The notes: a model not told the origin generated them from the letters alone. Positions 18,801-27,702 are shown, counted from the stretch's first letter. The stretch is DNA of 27,950 nt from an archaeon (GCA_038046625.1 JBBSVV010000002.1:1821-29770), one strand, 5' to 3'. Made by a program: numbers and translations.

Positions 18801-20290
18801 GTGCTTCGGGGGCCCAGAGCATCAGCGTTGCCGCGGGCGGAAAGCAAAGTGTTTCATGCGAGTTCAATGGCCTTGCGGAGGGCTTCTATGTTGCGCAGGT
18901 TTCAATAACGCCAAGCATTTCCTGCGAGAACTGCCAAGACATTTCCGCAAGCAACTCGCTTACAAGAAACTTCTTTGCGGGAGAAACAGGGCTGCAGCAG
19001 TGCGTTCCATACAGCACTTCGCGCCTGGATGAGTTCCTGCAGGCATCCGGAATAAAGAACGATGCCATTGTAAAGATGGCGAAGTTCAATGCAACCCTCA
19101 TGGTTGACGGTTATAGTTCTGACTTCCAGCACGACTTTGATGTGGCGCAGAACGAAACTTTCTTCAGGGCACCTGATTTCTACACGGACAGGGATTCGGG
19201 GCTCGGAGTTTATTTCAGGGATGCCAAATTGTTCAATTTCGATGCGTACAGCCAGCCGGATTATGCGCTCCCGGGGCCGGGAACTTACAATGTTGTCATT
19301 GACATTAATTATGCGGACAATTCGTGGCAATTGTTCGATGCGCAGGGAAACCCGAAGGCAAAGATAAGCGTGAGGCTCGAGAAGCTGCGCGGCGCGGAAC
19401 CTGACAGCCCGTTCTATTATTTGCCGTTCGACGGCCCACTCGGGAACAACGGGAGAACCGGATACGGCCTGAACTATGCCGGGGACTCGGTAATCATTGA
19501 CAATTCCGCGACGCCCGTGAGGACGGTTGACATTGCGGGCTCCTCGCCGATACAAAACGGCACTCTTGGCGTTTCAATCAGCGGCAACTTCAGGAGCATG
19601 CAGGCCGACAACCGCGGAGTGATTGCAAAGGTCTCGCGCGCGAACGACAATCCTTCGCTTTTGTTCCAGCCTTCAAATGCAACTCCTGTGATTCTGCAGA
19701 TTGACAAGAAGTCAAAGGGCGACGCGTACGCGATTTACCAGGTCGGCGTTGACGGGGACGCGACCGATGTTGGCAACACAATGTCATTGTGGAACGGCAT
19801 AGGGGTCAGCTGCCGCGGATTTGATGACTCGGTCATGGCGCAGCAGCAGTTCGTTCCGGACACGCATGGAATAAGCGCGCAATGTGCCCTGGTGGGAGCG
19901 AATGAAAGGAGCAAGTATGCGCTTGAATTCTGCGAGAGGAACGCGCCAATGATTGACTTTGGCAGCGTGTTCTATGAAACTGTTTTCTATACTCCGCAGG
20001 CCTCGAACAGTTACGTGCAGCTGACTGACGGAGCCTCTGACAAGGCAACCCTCATCGGCGCGGCCACTTCCGGCACGAAGGTTACTTTGAACGGCAATGG
20101 AGTGACGTCCAAAATCGGCAGCCTGCAGGACGTCTTTGATTTGGTGAAGGACGAGTACGTGTGCGTTTCGGGAACGAATATTAATGCGGAGTTCTTCTGG
20201 AACCCGAAAAAGATTTTTTCAACGATACAGAACAAGGAAGACCAGGCACTCAATGCGTGCATCAGTTCGGCCTCAACGCAGATACGCTGA
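12827..20290 (+). CDS. Giant membrane-anchored surface protein, paralog 2 (2487 aa)
   Basis: The N-terminus LEEKYY...PVY..D.I...PSF.IF is shared with paralog 1, followed by a TM, Ig-like/CarboxypepD_reg-like repeats and the conserved C-terminal motifs (YCDATQFTI, PDSPFYYLPFDG, FQPSNATPV, VC...FFWNP). The true start may be TTG 12836, with GGTGA as the ribosome-binding motif. Confidence 0.9.
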   Translation: MSSLGLLESVKQGYYSLEEKYYDFLDKVNDKIPVYEIVDPIDKVFPSFIIFSAIFLVILLLLAGTVISIVFPSVNDSLVVSVKDPGGKAIEGATVTFLKGGTPLSRIDTDASGIARQTGVKAGDEIEVRAEKQDYLSTRKTAIIAELPQALNIELQKESDAFAAKTIRLFDRAGGNASGNFTLKFRCSDPYAPSIQDITLTPADNGVANVMVPNTCGRLSVDVSDSAAFREVYGFAVTGSDQIIYLDGIAAQSGTINVNVADTTGKSIDGISAELYRYSEILANPNVGPIDVDYTSGGQASFSKAPGDYMVKTYDASGSYGEAASQRISLGADETKSVNLVVQENVRGQIKIRVVDRKSQARVKGASVKLLFSSSSEELTTLKADDGGEISFNISRVAEYKAFVNADGYQLGTVSGLTISDSFVTVQLDKCTPTTCGSLVVKVVDQDNEPIRNAFVSLYNNSTNFVAGYNQRSTDINGTAKFFGVSSGNYYAFAFKEGFSGRSDAAYFSTAVSAGSGPNLTVTMEVGEGIVRVNLKDSEGNPVSFPRIGIFDARTNELVGSDFAGADGNYEVSLKANRQVYVVATKKDEQVYADYTTVKKPIIPEGVQEFNLKLEKPILKDNVELEFIGLYDAANRGVQNVKAGEKYIAKFRLRIPEEKDYDEVGVHIRTGMDVLMEKDKLDIKAVNAAKTSQARATRFEGDGSGLSEDDYEITDGEAKWVNVRWNNPLAGVYEVEAEIQVKDSAALGENLFMFYRAWGNSSGETDRFPEDDTVSEELYSNAKQEIFQVGIVTLCDENFCFKSTITDEENDFIDSVTDTYNARVFNPYKIQFVITNNSETRIHNNANLRIKNPDESIKFFDYTITDAQTRQTQGVVNGFEFPRLNVGNLLPKNSIMLEAEFTPQKAINGVVNIQLVSDQVIVFEKNLTLIVSSPKELDAEVEPMVYLSGIQNDVTVSVKDSASGLEIENAIVRLKDRAGNVLDYSTTAKDGTAVLTLPGQEPGEKLKIEIEKIDYNVKIIELNVTDRLLEITPAQIGVALNTKNKTQSSETISLRNVAPYDLYIKEIKLGGTFRNLLDTASIRNWLESSYRGMPIKAGEKQDIALKTSLSQDALALSDHTDLDGKLTIVAGNFGQEWVFNVPVKIAIGLGSEVDNPACLIITKSEWQTSTNGTPAKTEFQIQNNCTVGGKPIALQDLQAKVNWKTNQLGEYTLAFGDDQVILRGGYNRLLLGTMQKEQALTAILTFTPFGGVNGVAESDIVISAVNPLDGEDQVLENTMHTKITSINLKQCLQYDKESLDINQKESGTFTITATESCGEPVEFEIQSDLITDPAKQFTLQPGQSQKVQVFAQDNYPGQYPVYVLPNFFSDKREQLAKNLKVRINAPGCWQLSKYEFDVYDSPKDQFDGFDVANLTNTCPQKAVGVKVNLKSWGDAAKNGLAYGLAAMALTWLGNYTDPNIENKFLGTAAQPGGQSQNLSPLEKEVQDLQTKVDAAKKTKTLEAQRDTLLRELESLQTNANSQVAQNNLAISNTSDQAKITALQLKNENLMKRIQELELMQNQVVPPVVEPTPAPTSANLPATGNAVLPPVQGLVAGITGSATGTNYPRQLSTTTPYQSSGTRAQQTAGQPPSGQNFLQGIGGGAGSSLGGGLAGGITSGGLGLLKGILGNNPVQSGLFYGIVGTVASYYFQDSETTFTTLQKDVEIKSISLVQGSGSLEQPDSDIGVEVEGLGGKKSAPTVPQPLVNNADLISQGIENMRTIFTNISSLTTTEEKPKYSQLKVSGTRHEYADKTYTKEDFTDPEGGFLGFFTQDTINQEKTPLEEKGGQSLEQRFNLEFNSVPPMVETVQPASLLNCQAGTKVGSTGEDALPKVKFDWTWSGIDEKQCNEDNGNGIYCDATQFTIALMKKINAISGFVAQNASNLKCPSPLEDQPAESEIGSFDIGVSKVSVAKDGTKALVSADITNTNPGIISALVSIKAVKAGNAGTVNCASGAQSISVAAGGKQSVSCEFNGLAEGFYVAQVSITPSISCENCQDISASNSLTRNFFAGETGLQQCVPYSTSRLDEFLQASGIKNDAIVKMAKFNATLMVDGYSSDFQHDFDVAQNETFFRAPDFYTDRDSGLGVYFRDAKLFNFDAYSQPDYALPGPGTYNVVIDINYADNSWQLFDAQGNPKAKISVRLEKLRGAEPDSPFYYLPFDGPLGNNGRTGYGLNYAGDSVIIDNSATPVRTVDIAGSSPIQNGTLGVSISGNFRSMQADNRGVIAKVSRANDNPSLLFQPSNATPVILQIDKKSKGDAYAIYQVGVDGDATDVGNTMSLWNGIGVSCRGFDDSVMAQQQFVPDTHGISAQCALVGANERSKYALEFCERNAPMIDFGSVFYETVFYTPQASNSYVQLTDGASDKATLIGAATSGTKVTLNGNGVTSKIGSLQDVFDLVKDEYVCVSGTNINAEFFWNPKKIFSTIQNKEDQALNACISSASTQIR

Positions 20291-20364
20291 ATCCTTGGAA
20301 AGCGGTTTTTTGCTTAGGCAACCTTTTAATAACAAAAACGCATTTTTATTAACGGCTGGTGCCG

Positions 20365-23300
20365 ATGCCTGATTCCGAAAACCCTTTTGAAGGGCCCGCC
20401 ATTTACAGGGACAACCCCGAACCTGAACAAGAGGCCGGAGAAAAAAAAGGCGGGGGCATCGCGGATAAACTGCGCGGCGCAATTGATTCCCTGCAGGAAA
20501 AAATTCCTGTTCCATTGCCCATTGTTGCGGGCGCACTTGTCCTGCTGATTATTGTTATTGCAGGAATTTTTTTGCTTGCCTCCGGAGGGGCAACAACAAC
20601 GGTGCAAATCCTTGTGCAGAACGAGGCAAAGGTGCCTGTAAAGGCCGCAACCGTTTCCATTTCAGGCCTTGAAAAGCCGCTTGAGCTGCAGACCGACAAG
20701 GAAGGCCTTGTCTCTTTCGAGGCAAAAATCGGGGGCACTATCAATGCGAGAATTTCGAAGCAGGGTTACGGCACGGAAACGCAAACCCTGGCTGTGGAGA
20801 AGGATTCCAAGCTTATTAGTGTTGTGCTCAAAGCGCCCCAGCTTGTAACGGGGGGCGTCACAATAACGTTTGCCGGCCCCGACAAAAAGAAGCTCATTGG
20901 AAAGGAAGTGCGTGCAAAACTAAGCTGTTCCCGCGAAGGGACCTTTCCACAGGAAGAATATGTCACTGAAACAGGCGAGCTTAAGGTTACTCCCCCTGAG
21001 AACTGCGGAAGCATAAACATAACCGCTTCTGCGGGCGGCCTCAAAACAGCCACTGGCCTAGCTTTGCTTGGCAGGGCACAGGTCATCACATTTGAGGGCA
21101 TAGAAAACCCCAAAGGAAGCCTGCAAATCAATGTAAAGGATGCTTCTACAGGGTTTTTTTTGGACGGAATAAGCGTAATAATGGCTTCGGATTCGGGTGC
21201 GCCAACGGGAATAATTGGCTCCACTTCATTTGGATTAGCCTCATTTTCCATTGAGGCCGGTTCCTACACCGCACTTGTAAGTGACCCTGCTGCGCAGTAC
21301 GCATCACAAACCGTTCAGGCCGAGGTTTTGGCGAACGGCTCAATAAGGAAGGATGTCCGGCTTTCAAAGGACGTGAAACTCAGGGCAAAAGTGAGCGTCA
21401 AGGACAAGGCAAGCGGGGCAAAAATCCAGGGCGCTAAAGTAACGATTTTTGACTCGGCAAAAAAAGTGGTTCAGGAAATTTCCGTGAATGCGAATGGGGA
21501 AGCAATTTTTGCGCTGAGCGAGAACGGCTCTTACTCTTTCATTGCCTCGGCGGAAAATTATTTGCCTTCAAGTGAAACGGGGTTCTCCACTTTTGATTAC
21601 GAAAGGGGCGCCGAAGCATCCTTTGAAGTGAAGCTGCAGAAGTGCACTCCGGACACGTGCGGCATCCTTAAGGCGCGCGTGCTTGATGAGGATGGTTTGC
21701 CAGTGGAGAACGCGCGCGTAATGCTTCTGGATGAAAAGGGGTTCATACAAACGGCTTACTCTTACAAAGTCACGGATTTCAACGGCCTGATTGCCGCGTT
21801 CACGAACATTGCGGAAGGAAAGTATTCGCTGCTTGCGCAGAAGTTTCCCGCATCCGGAATATCGGAACAGTTTTCCGTGAGCGCAAAGGAAACGAATTAT
21901 GCGGAAGTGAAAATGGTTATTGGAAAGGGAACAGTCCAGGTTTCCGCAACGAACCTGAATGGCGAGGCACTTGAATTCGGGCGCGCGGAAATAATCACGG
22001 ATTACGGGAGAAGCCTCGGGACAATTGCGTTGGATGCGCAGGGCAAAGGATTTTTGGCGGACGTGAAAGCCGACAAAAAGGTTTTCGTGGTTGTGCGCAA
22101 GGAAGGCTACGCGCCTTACACCACGGCACCGAAGCAGGTTCTTCCCGACAAGAGCGTGCAGTTCAATGTTTCGCTTGAAGAATCAATTCTTGGGGACAGG
22201 CCCGCAATAGAATTTTTGGGGATTTTTTCCGAACAAGGAACAGAAGTGAAAAGCTTTTCCGGCGGAAAAAAATATTCTGCAAGATTTTTGCTAAGCGTTC
22301 CAGAGGGCCGCGAGTTTGACGAAGCCGGATTGTTTTTGAGGGCAGGAGAAAAAGAAAGCCTTGAAAAGGATTCGATTTCAATCGGCTCGGTTTCCGCGCC
22401 CTTTGCTTCGGTTGAACGCGGCCTGACCTACAATCCGCCGCTTGGAACCAACGGCGAAGAGGAACTGACTAACGGCAAAGCGAAATGGGCTTCGGTTGTG
22501 ATGCGGGAACCGGAAACTGGGAGTTATGAATTCGAGGCGGAGCTTTCGGTGAACAGCGGAATCACCAAAGGAACCTTCATGCCTCTCTTTTACAGGAGCT
22601 GGGGAATTGAAAATGCGGATTACCTGCGCGACCCTCTTGACTTGGAACTCGGAAGCGCCGCCGAAACCTCGGCAAAAAAAGGATTGTACGCGCAGGCCTA
22701 TGAAAAGGATTATTTCGAGGGGCTTTCAGAAAACTGCAGCAACGAGTTCTGCTTCGGCGAAAGGCTGCTGGATGAAACATCCGGAATTTATGTTGCGGCT
22801 CCCTACAACCTCAGGACATTCTCGCCATACAGGCTAGAATTCAGCATCACAAACAATTCGCAGCAAATTCACGACAATGCGTCGCTGAAAATAAGGAACA
22901 CAAGCGACGGCGCAAAAACGGGAAAGGAAATAAGCGTCAATTCATACTCTTTCACGAACGCGGATTCACAGAAATTTTCTTCCTCGCAGCCGAAATTCGA
23001 AACCGATGCAATCTCGCTCGGGGATTTCAGGCAGAACAAAACCGTTGCGGGAGAACTCTCGATTGAGGCGAAAAGCCAGAATTATTCCTCACTGGAATTC
23101 ACAATTGTTTCGGACAGACAAGAGGTTCTGGACAGCTTCGTTTACTTCACGCCTTTCTCCGAGGAGGACATCGACCTAAGTGTGGAGCCGGAAGAAATAA
23201 TCGCGTTTGTGCCAACGGACATCAACGTTACGGCGCTTTACGCTTCCGGCGACGACAAGGGATTCGGGATACAGGATGCGCTTGTAACGGTCACAAAAAC

Positions 23301-26300
23301 CGCGCCCGACAGGAGCCGGACAACCTTCACTGGCACAACCAATTTCCAGGGAAAGGCAACCGTAAGCGTTCCCGCTTCTTCCCCCGGAACGAGGTTCCGC
23401 ATCACACTTGAAAAACCCGGTTTGGGAGCAAAAACAATTGAAAAGGTCGTGAGCCTCGATGTTGTGAAATTCGACCCCGAAGAAATAAACATTTCAGTGA
23501 ACCGCGGCTCGGGGAACGAGGCCTCCGCAACCCTTACAATGGAGAGCGTGTCGCAAAAAGAAATCCTGGTGAAAAAGTTCAGGGTTTCAGGCGCCTTCAA
23601 AGGAATGCTTGATGAGGACCGCATGAACAATTTCCTCGCGCAATATGAAGGCAAAAAAATTTCTCCTGGCGAATTGTTCGGCACGGAAATTTTAAGCGCT
23701 TTGGGAAGCGAATCGCAATACCTCGATGCGCCCATTAAAGTCAAGGGAAAAGTGATTATTGAATTCGGGCTGCAGAATGATGATTCGGTTGCGTGGGTTG
23801 CCGAGCTTCCTTTCCAGACAACAATCAACCTTGCCGAGCTTCCGGAAAACGCGCCGTGCATAATTATCAGCGCGAAAGACTGGAGCGACTCGACAATTGC
23901 GAGCCAGGCCTCAACGGAATTCGAGATACAGAACAACTGCGTGGATTCGCAGAGCGAACCAATGGAACTTGAGAACCTGCAGGCACAGGTGCACTGGACC
24001 GGAAAAGACGGAATAATCGGGCAGGTTGAATTGGCGGTTACTGACACCGAAACAGGAAGCATTTCCTCTGAAATTCTGCAGGAAGGAATCTGGAGCAGGC
24101 TAGTTGAAAAGCTCGAGCCGCGCAGGATTTACCCCGCGAGGCTGACTTTTGTGCCGAAGCCCGGCACAATAGGGAAGAGGGCGCAGTTCAATGTGAAGAT
24201 TGACGCGGGCATACAAACCAATTCAGGTTCGCAATTGGTCGGCGCGGGCAATGACGTGAAGGCGGATATTTTCGTAATCAATTTGGACCAGTGCATGCAA
24301 TTCACTCCGGAAGCGGAACAGGGAATTGTGATTGACAGGCGCAATGAGAGCGCGGAATTCAGCATTGACACTTCGGACTGCGGGCCGATAAATCTGGATT
24401 TGCGGTTTTGCGAAGGGGGAAACGACCAGTGCAGAGGAGGAACTGAAGAAGGCGGAATTAATTTGAGGCCGTGGAGCTACAGCAACGTGAACGCGGAATC
24501 AAAAACCATTACGGTTGAGCGCGGATCGATCCCCGGATTTTATGGAATCACAATTGAAGCGCGCCCATCCGGAGGAACATGGAGAAAGGTTGCGGAGCTC
24601 GACACGATTGTGAAGCCGCCGCAGGAAGATTACTTCGAGATGGACAAGTACAAGTTCACTGTAATCGGAACGGGCTCAAAGGATTCGGCAACGCTCACAA
24701 ACTCAATGGTTCTCGAGGATGTAGAGGTTACGGCTGGTGTTTGCGATTATGCGGCGGCAGCGCAGGACAGCAGCTTTGGGGGAGCGGGCGCAGGGTTACA
24801 GTCACTTGCAATGGGAGCCATTGCCGGAACTGCCGCGGGCTGGGGGGCGGCAGGAATAGGGGTTCTGGTTTCGGGTGCGGCAAGCACTTTTTCAGCGGGA
24901 CCTTTACTTGGGCTAATGTGGTGCGTTCCATGCGTAGTAATCGGAGTGATAGTAATGATAATAGTGATGATTATGATGACGTTGGGCGGCGGAAGCCAGG
25001 ACCCATGCGCGCCGACAACAACGCAGAGCCTGCAGGCTTACGTCATTAATCTCGCGGGAACCGCGGATCAAAGCTATGAAAGGTATTTGCCGCCGGACGC
25101 ATTGGATGTCATCCTGAGTGACCGCCGCATTTCCGGAGAATGGAACCTTGACGTTACGGATGGCTCTGGAAGCGCAGGAAAGAACGGCACACAAAAAGCA
25201 GGGGTTGTTTTCACTAACAGAGGCGCCGACAGGAATGAGGCAATTTATGCGATTGCGGAGACGCGTGCAACGGAGCACATACATGGCGATGCCGCACACC
25301 AGAGCGCATCCGTTGAATGCAAGGGCTCGGATTTCGGGATGTTCTGGATAAATCCTGCGAGCTGCAGCAACACTTATGACAAAACTTACTCGCAGAAATT
25401 CCATTTGAAGTTCAAGGTTGCCGAGGAAAAGGCTCCGCTGACAAAAGTGGCGTTCGACACTTACGCGTGCCAGAGCGGAACAGCCATCGGAAGGACCGGC
25501 CCGGGCGCATTGCCGCGCATCAAAATGAACTGGAGCTGGAAGGAATCCCAGAACGGCATTTCATACAACCAGTGCGATGCCACGAACCCTGGCGCGGTTT
25601 ACTGTGACGCGACCCAGTTCACGATTGAACTGAACAAGAAGCTTTACAGGCTCCATGATTTCCTTGCCACAAACAACTTTGACCTGGGCTGCCCCGCGGC
25701 CACTGACATAGCCTCACAGGCCGAAAGCGAGTTCAATTCAATGAGCACAAACACTGATGTCGGCTCCGGCCTCATCGGGGTTTCAAAGGTCGAGGCAATC
25801 AAGGGCACAAACAGCGTGACGATAAAGGCAACCGTGAAAAACAACACGGCATTGATAGAGAATGCTGTTGTTGACGTGAACATGGGGAACCTGCAGGACG
25901 CGTTCTCGCAGGACTTCGAGAACTGCAAAATAAATGTGAACGGCATTGAAGGAAACGGCGGAACGAAACAGGGGGAATGTGTTCTTCCGGTAAATGAGGA
26001 CGGCGCGCACGGCATAATAGCCAAGGTTGCACAGGCATCAAATCCAGGCATTGTTTCCCGGGCCCCTGCAACCGCAGGATTCTATTCAGGAATTTTCAGC
26101 ACAGGGCATCCGTTGGACAGCCAGGATTCAGCGGCGGAAAACGGCGGCGGGGGAGCGCCTTCAAGCTGCGAATTCAAATCCACCGAAACTTATTACGAGG
26201 TGCCGCAGATAATGAGGTTCATTGACTCGAACCCGAACATTAAATGGACGGCCTCGGTTCCGGACCGCGCAGAACTCCAGAAGCTCCTCATGTTTGACGC

Positions 26301-27561
26301 GTACCTCATGAAGGACAATTATTCAAAGGAATTCTTTGCGGACTTCGCGGATTACTACACGAAACAGGCGTTCGAGGACACGGATTCGTACTTCAATAGG
26401 CTCAACACGGATTCAAACGGAACGCCTTACGGGTTCGCGAGGCTCATGGATAAGGGTTTGTTCGTGCTCACGAGAAAATACGTGCAGAGCCCGGAACTTC
26501 CGGGCGCGGGTCTGTATCACGTGGAGTTCGGGATTTACTTTGGAAAGGATGACTGGCGGTTCTTTGATTCAACAGGAAAGCCGAAAGCGGGGGTTTCTGT
26601 GGTTGTTTACAAGGCAAGTGATGCGTTCCCGAACAGCCCGTTCTACTCCATGCCGATTGACGGCCTTGTGGGATTGAGGGGAAACAACTTCACTAGGCAG
26701 GGCTACGGGACGGCATTCAGGAACAACTCCTCAAGAATCATTGCAATAAGCAACGAATTGCCGCAGGCAAAAACTTATGAGGATGCGGGCAGCAATGCGG
26801 TTGCGGGCGCAAGCGTGGAAACCAAAAAAGACTTTTACAGCCTGAATACTTCCCCTTCAACGCGCGGAATGGTCCTGGAGGTTTCAAAGGGAAAAACGGG
26901 AAAGGCAGCAACAATATTGTTCCAGCCCTCACAGGCAACGCCCGTGCTCATGAAGGCCACGCAGAACTCGCTGAGCGAGGAAAAATTCGGCGCATTCTAT
27001 TCAATGCTCGAGAACAACAATGCGGTTGGCGCGGGCAATACGCTCTCTTACTGGGACGGCGCGGGGAGCTGCTTTGACTTCACCGGAGTTCCGGTTACCG
27101 AAGCGTTCTACCAGAAGCCAGACCGCGCCGCAACCACTGAAGACATGCTCCTTGACTGGAAAAACATTTACGGCATTGACTGGCAGAGGGCAACAAAAAA
27201 AGGCGACGTTTATTTGCGCACGATTTTCTACACGAACCCAAATGATGATGTTGTCATCAAGGCGGTCAAGGGCCCCTCGGCACTGGACTTTTTCACCCCG
27301 GATTCGAAGGGCGGGCTCGTTGCATTGAACGGGGTTTCCGGAATGCCCTACAATAATTTTGCCGGCGGTTCCGTGGGAACTATAGACAGCATTGATGACG
27401 TGTTCGCGCTTGTGGAGGCGGGGCAGGTTTGCGTAACCAATTCAGGGGATTCCACAAAATTCTGGTGGAACCCGCAGGCCATTTACACGCAAACAGGCCT
27501 ACAGAGGAACATCTCCGATGAAACCAACAGGCTGGTCGCGGGCTCGACCTGCATCGGGTGA
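20365..27561 (+). CDS. Giant membrane-anchored surface protein, paralog 3 (about 2398 aa)
   Basis: N-terminal TM (IVAGALVLLIIVIAGIFLL) and the same domain order. KCTPDTCG matches KCTPTTCG in paralog 2; YCDATQFTI, PNSPFYSMPIDG, FQPSQATPV and FWWNP are present. ATG 20365 is preceded by GGTG, so the GTG at 20359 is probably part of the ribosome-binding motif. Confidence 0.9.
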   Translation: MPDSENPFEGPAIYRDNPEPEQEAGEKKGGGIADKLRGAIDSLQEKIPVPLPIVAGALVLLIIVIAGIFLLASGGATTTVQILVQNEAKVPVKAATVSISGLEKPLELQTDKEGLVSFEAKIGGTINARISKQGYGTETQTLAVEKDSKLISVVLKAPQLVTGGVTITFAGPDKKKLIGKEVRAKLSCSREGTFPQEEYVTETGELKVTPPENCGSINITASAGGLKTATGLALLGRAQVITFEGIENPKGSLQINVKDASTGFFLDGISVIMASDSGAPTGIIGSTSFGLASFSIEAGSYTALVSDPAAQYASQTVQAEVLANGSIRKDVRLSKDVKLRAKVSVKDKASGAKIQGAKVTIFDSAKKVVQEISVNANGEAIFALSENGSYSFIASAENYLPSSETGFSTFDYERGAEASFEVKLQKCTPDTCGILKARVLDEDGLPVENARVMLLDEKGFIQTAYSYKVTDFNGLIAAFTNIAEGKYSLLAQKFPASGISEQFSVSAKETNYAEVKMVIGKGTVQVSATNLNGEALEFGRAEIITDYGRSLGTIALDAQGKGFLADVKADKKVFVVVRKEGYAPYTTAPKQVLPDKSVQFNVSLEESILGDRPAIEFLGIFSEQGTEVKSFSGGKKYSARFLLSVPEGREFDEAGLFLRAGEKESLEKDSISIGSVSAPFASVERGLTYNPPLGTNGEEELTNGKAKWASVVMREPETGSYEFEAELSVNSGITKGTFMPLFYRSWGIENADYLRDPLDLELGSAAETSAKKGLYAQAYEKDYFEGLSENCSNEFCFGERLLDETSGIYVAAPYNLRTFSPYRLEFSITNNSQQIHDNASLKIRNTSDGAKTGKEISVNSYSFTNADSQKFSSSQPKFETDAISLGDFRQNKTVAGELSIEAKSQNYSSLEFTIVSDRQEVLDSFVYFTPFSEEDIDLSVEPEEIIAFVPTDINVTALYASGDDKGFGIQDALVTVTKTAPDRSRTTFTGTTNFQGKATVSVPASSPGTRFRITLEKPGLGAKTIEKVVSLDVVKFDPEEINISVNRGSGNEASATLTMESVSQKEILVKKFRVSGAFKGMLDEDRMNNFLAQYEGKKISPGELFGTEILSALGSESQYLDAPIKVKGKVIIEFGLQNDDSVAWVAELPFQTTINLAELPENAPCIIISAKDWSDSTIASQASTEFEIQNNCVDSQSEPMELENLQAQVHWTGKDGIIGQVELAVTDTETGSISSEILQEGIWSRLVEKLEPRRIYPARLTFVPKPGTIGKRAQFNVKIDAGIQTNSGSQLVGAGNDVKADIFVINLDQCMQFTPEAEQGIVIDRRNESAEFSIDTSDCGPINLDLRFCEGGNDQCRGGTEEGGINLRPWSYSNVNAESKTITVERGSIPGFYGITIEARPSGGTWRKVAELDTIVKPPQEDYFEMDKYKFTVIGTGSKDSATLTNSMVLEDVEVTAGVCDYAAAAQDSSFGGAGAGLQSLAMGAIAGTAAGWGAAGIGVLVSGAASTFSAGPLLGLMWCVPCVVIGVIVMIIVMIMMTLGGGSQDPCAPTTTQSLQAYVINLAGTADQSYERYLPPDALDVILSDRRISGEWNLDVTDGSGSAGKNGTQKAGVVFTNRGADRNEAIYAIAETRATEHIHGDAAHQSASVECKGSDFGMFWINPASCSNTYDKTYSQKFHLKFKVAEEKAPLTKVAFDTYACQSGTAIGRTGPGALPRIKMNWSWKESQNGISYNQCDATNPGAVYCDATQFTIELNKKLYRLHDFLATNNFDLGCPAATDIASQAESEFNSMSTNTDVGSGLIGVSKVEAIKGTNSVTIKATVKNNTALIENAVVDVNMGNLQDAFSQDFENCKINVNGIEGNGGTKQGECVLPVNEDGAHGIIAKVAQASNPGIVSRAPATAGFYSGIFSTGHPLDSQDSAAENGGGGAPSSCEFKSTETYYEVPQIMRFIDSNPNIKWTASVPDRAELQKLLMFDAYLMKDNYSKEFFADFADYYTKQAFEDTDSYFNRLNTDSNGTPYGFARLMDKGLFVLTRKYVQSPELPGAGLYHVEFGIYFGKDDWRFFDSTGKPKAGVSVVVYKASDAFPNSPFYSMPIDGLVGLRGNNFTRQGYGTAFRNNSSRIIAISNELPQAKTYEDAGSNAVAGASVETKKDFYSLNTSPSTRGMVLEVSKGKTGKAATILFQPSQATPVLMKATQNSLSEEKFGAFYSMLENNNAVGAGNTLSYWDGAGSCFDFTGVPVTEAFYQKPDRAATTEDMLLDWKNIYGIDWQRATKKGDVYLRTIFYTNPNDDVVIKAVKGPSALDFFTPDSKGGLVALNGVSGMPYNNFAGGSVGTIDSIDDVFALVEAGQVCVTNSGDSTKFWWNPQAIYTQTGLQRNISDETNRLVAGSTCIG

Positions 27562-27623
27562 AAACATCTAATTTGCACAGCAAAAACACATTTCATGAAA
27601 CACCCTGAACACCGCGGGCCAAC

Positions 27624-27680
27624 GCCCACGGGGTCTCTGTTGTAACCGTCAACGGAATCCCCCCTTCGGGGATTGGGTTG
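27624..27680. repeat. GTCAAC-hairpin repeat family, copy 3 (most complete)
   Basis: Its 5' part matches 11448-11486 and its 3' part matches 12704-12740. The stem AATCCCC/GGGGATT is closed by outer CAAC/GTTG. Confidence 0.8.
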
Positions 27681-27702
27681 CTGAAAAGCACCGCAAAAAC
27701 TT

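Noticed and set aside
24946..24978. (A/G)T(A/G)-type trinucleotide repeat
   Set aside because: It is explained by codons for the V/I/M-rich hydrophobic helix and is not an independent DNA element.
3473..27561. Inteins, RHS/YD repeats or DGR variable regions in the giant genes
   Set aside because: I saw no intein splice motifs, YD repeats, near-identical TR/VR pair or reverse transcriptase.
3568..27589. Numerous 60-274 aa ORFs nested in or antisense to the giant genes (e.g. 6619-7392, 16679-17338, 23238-24062)
   Set aside because: They overlap long, clearly coding frames, have composition typical of reverse-frame translation, and contain no recognisable motifs.
11448..27680. CRISPR array
   Set aside because: The repeats are dispersed kilobases apart, with no regular repeat-spacer periodicity and no cas genes.
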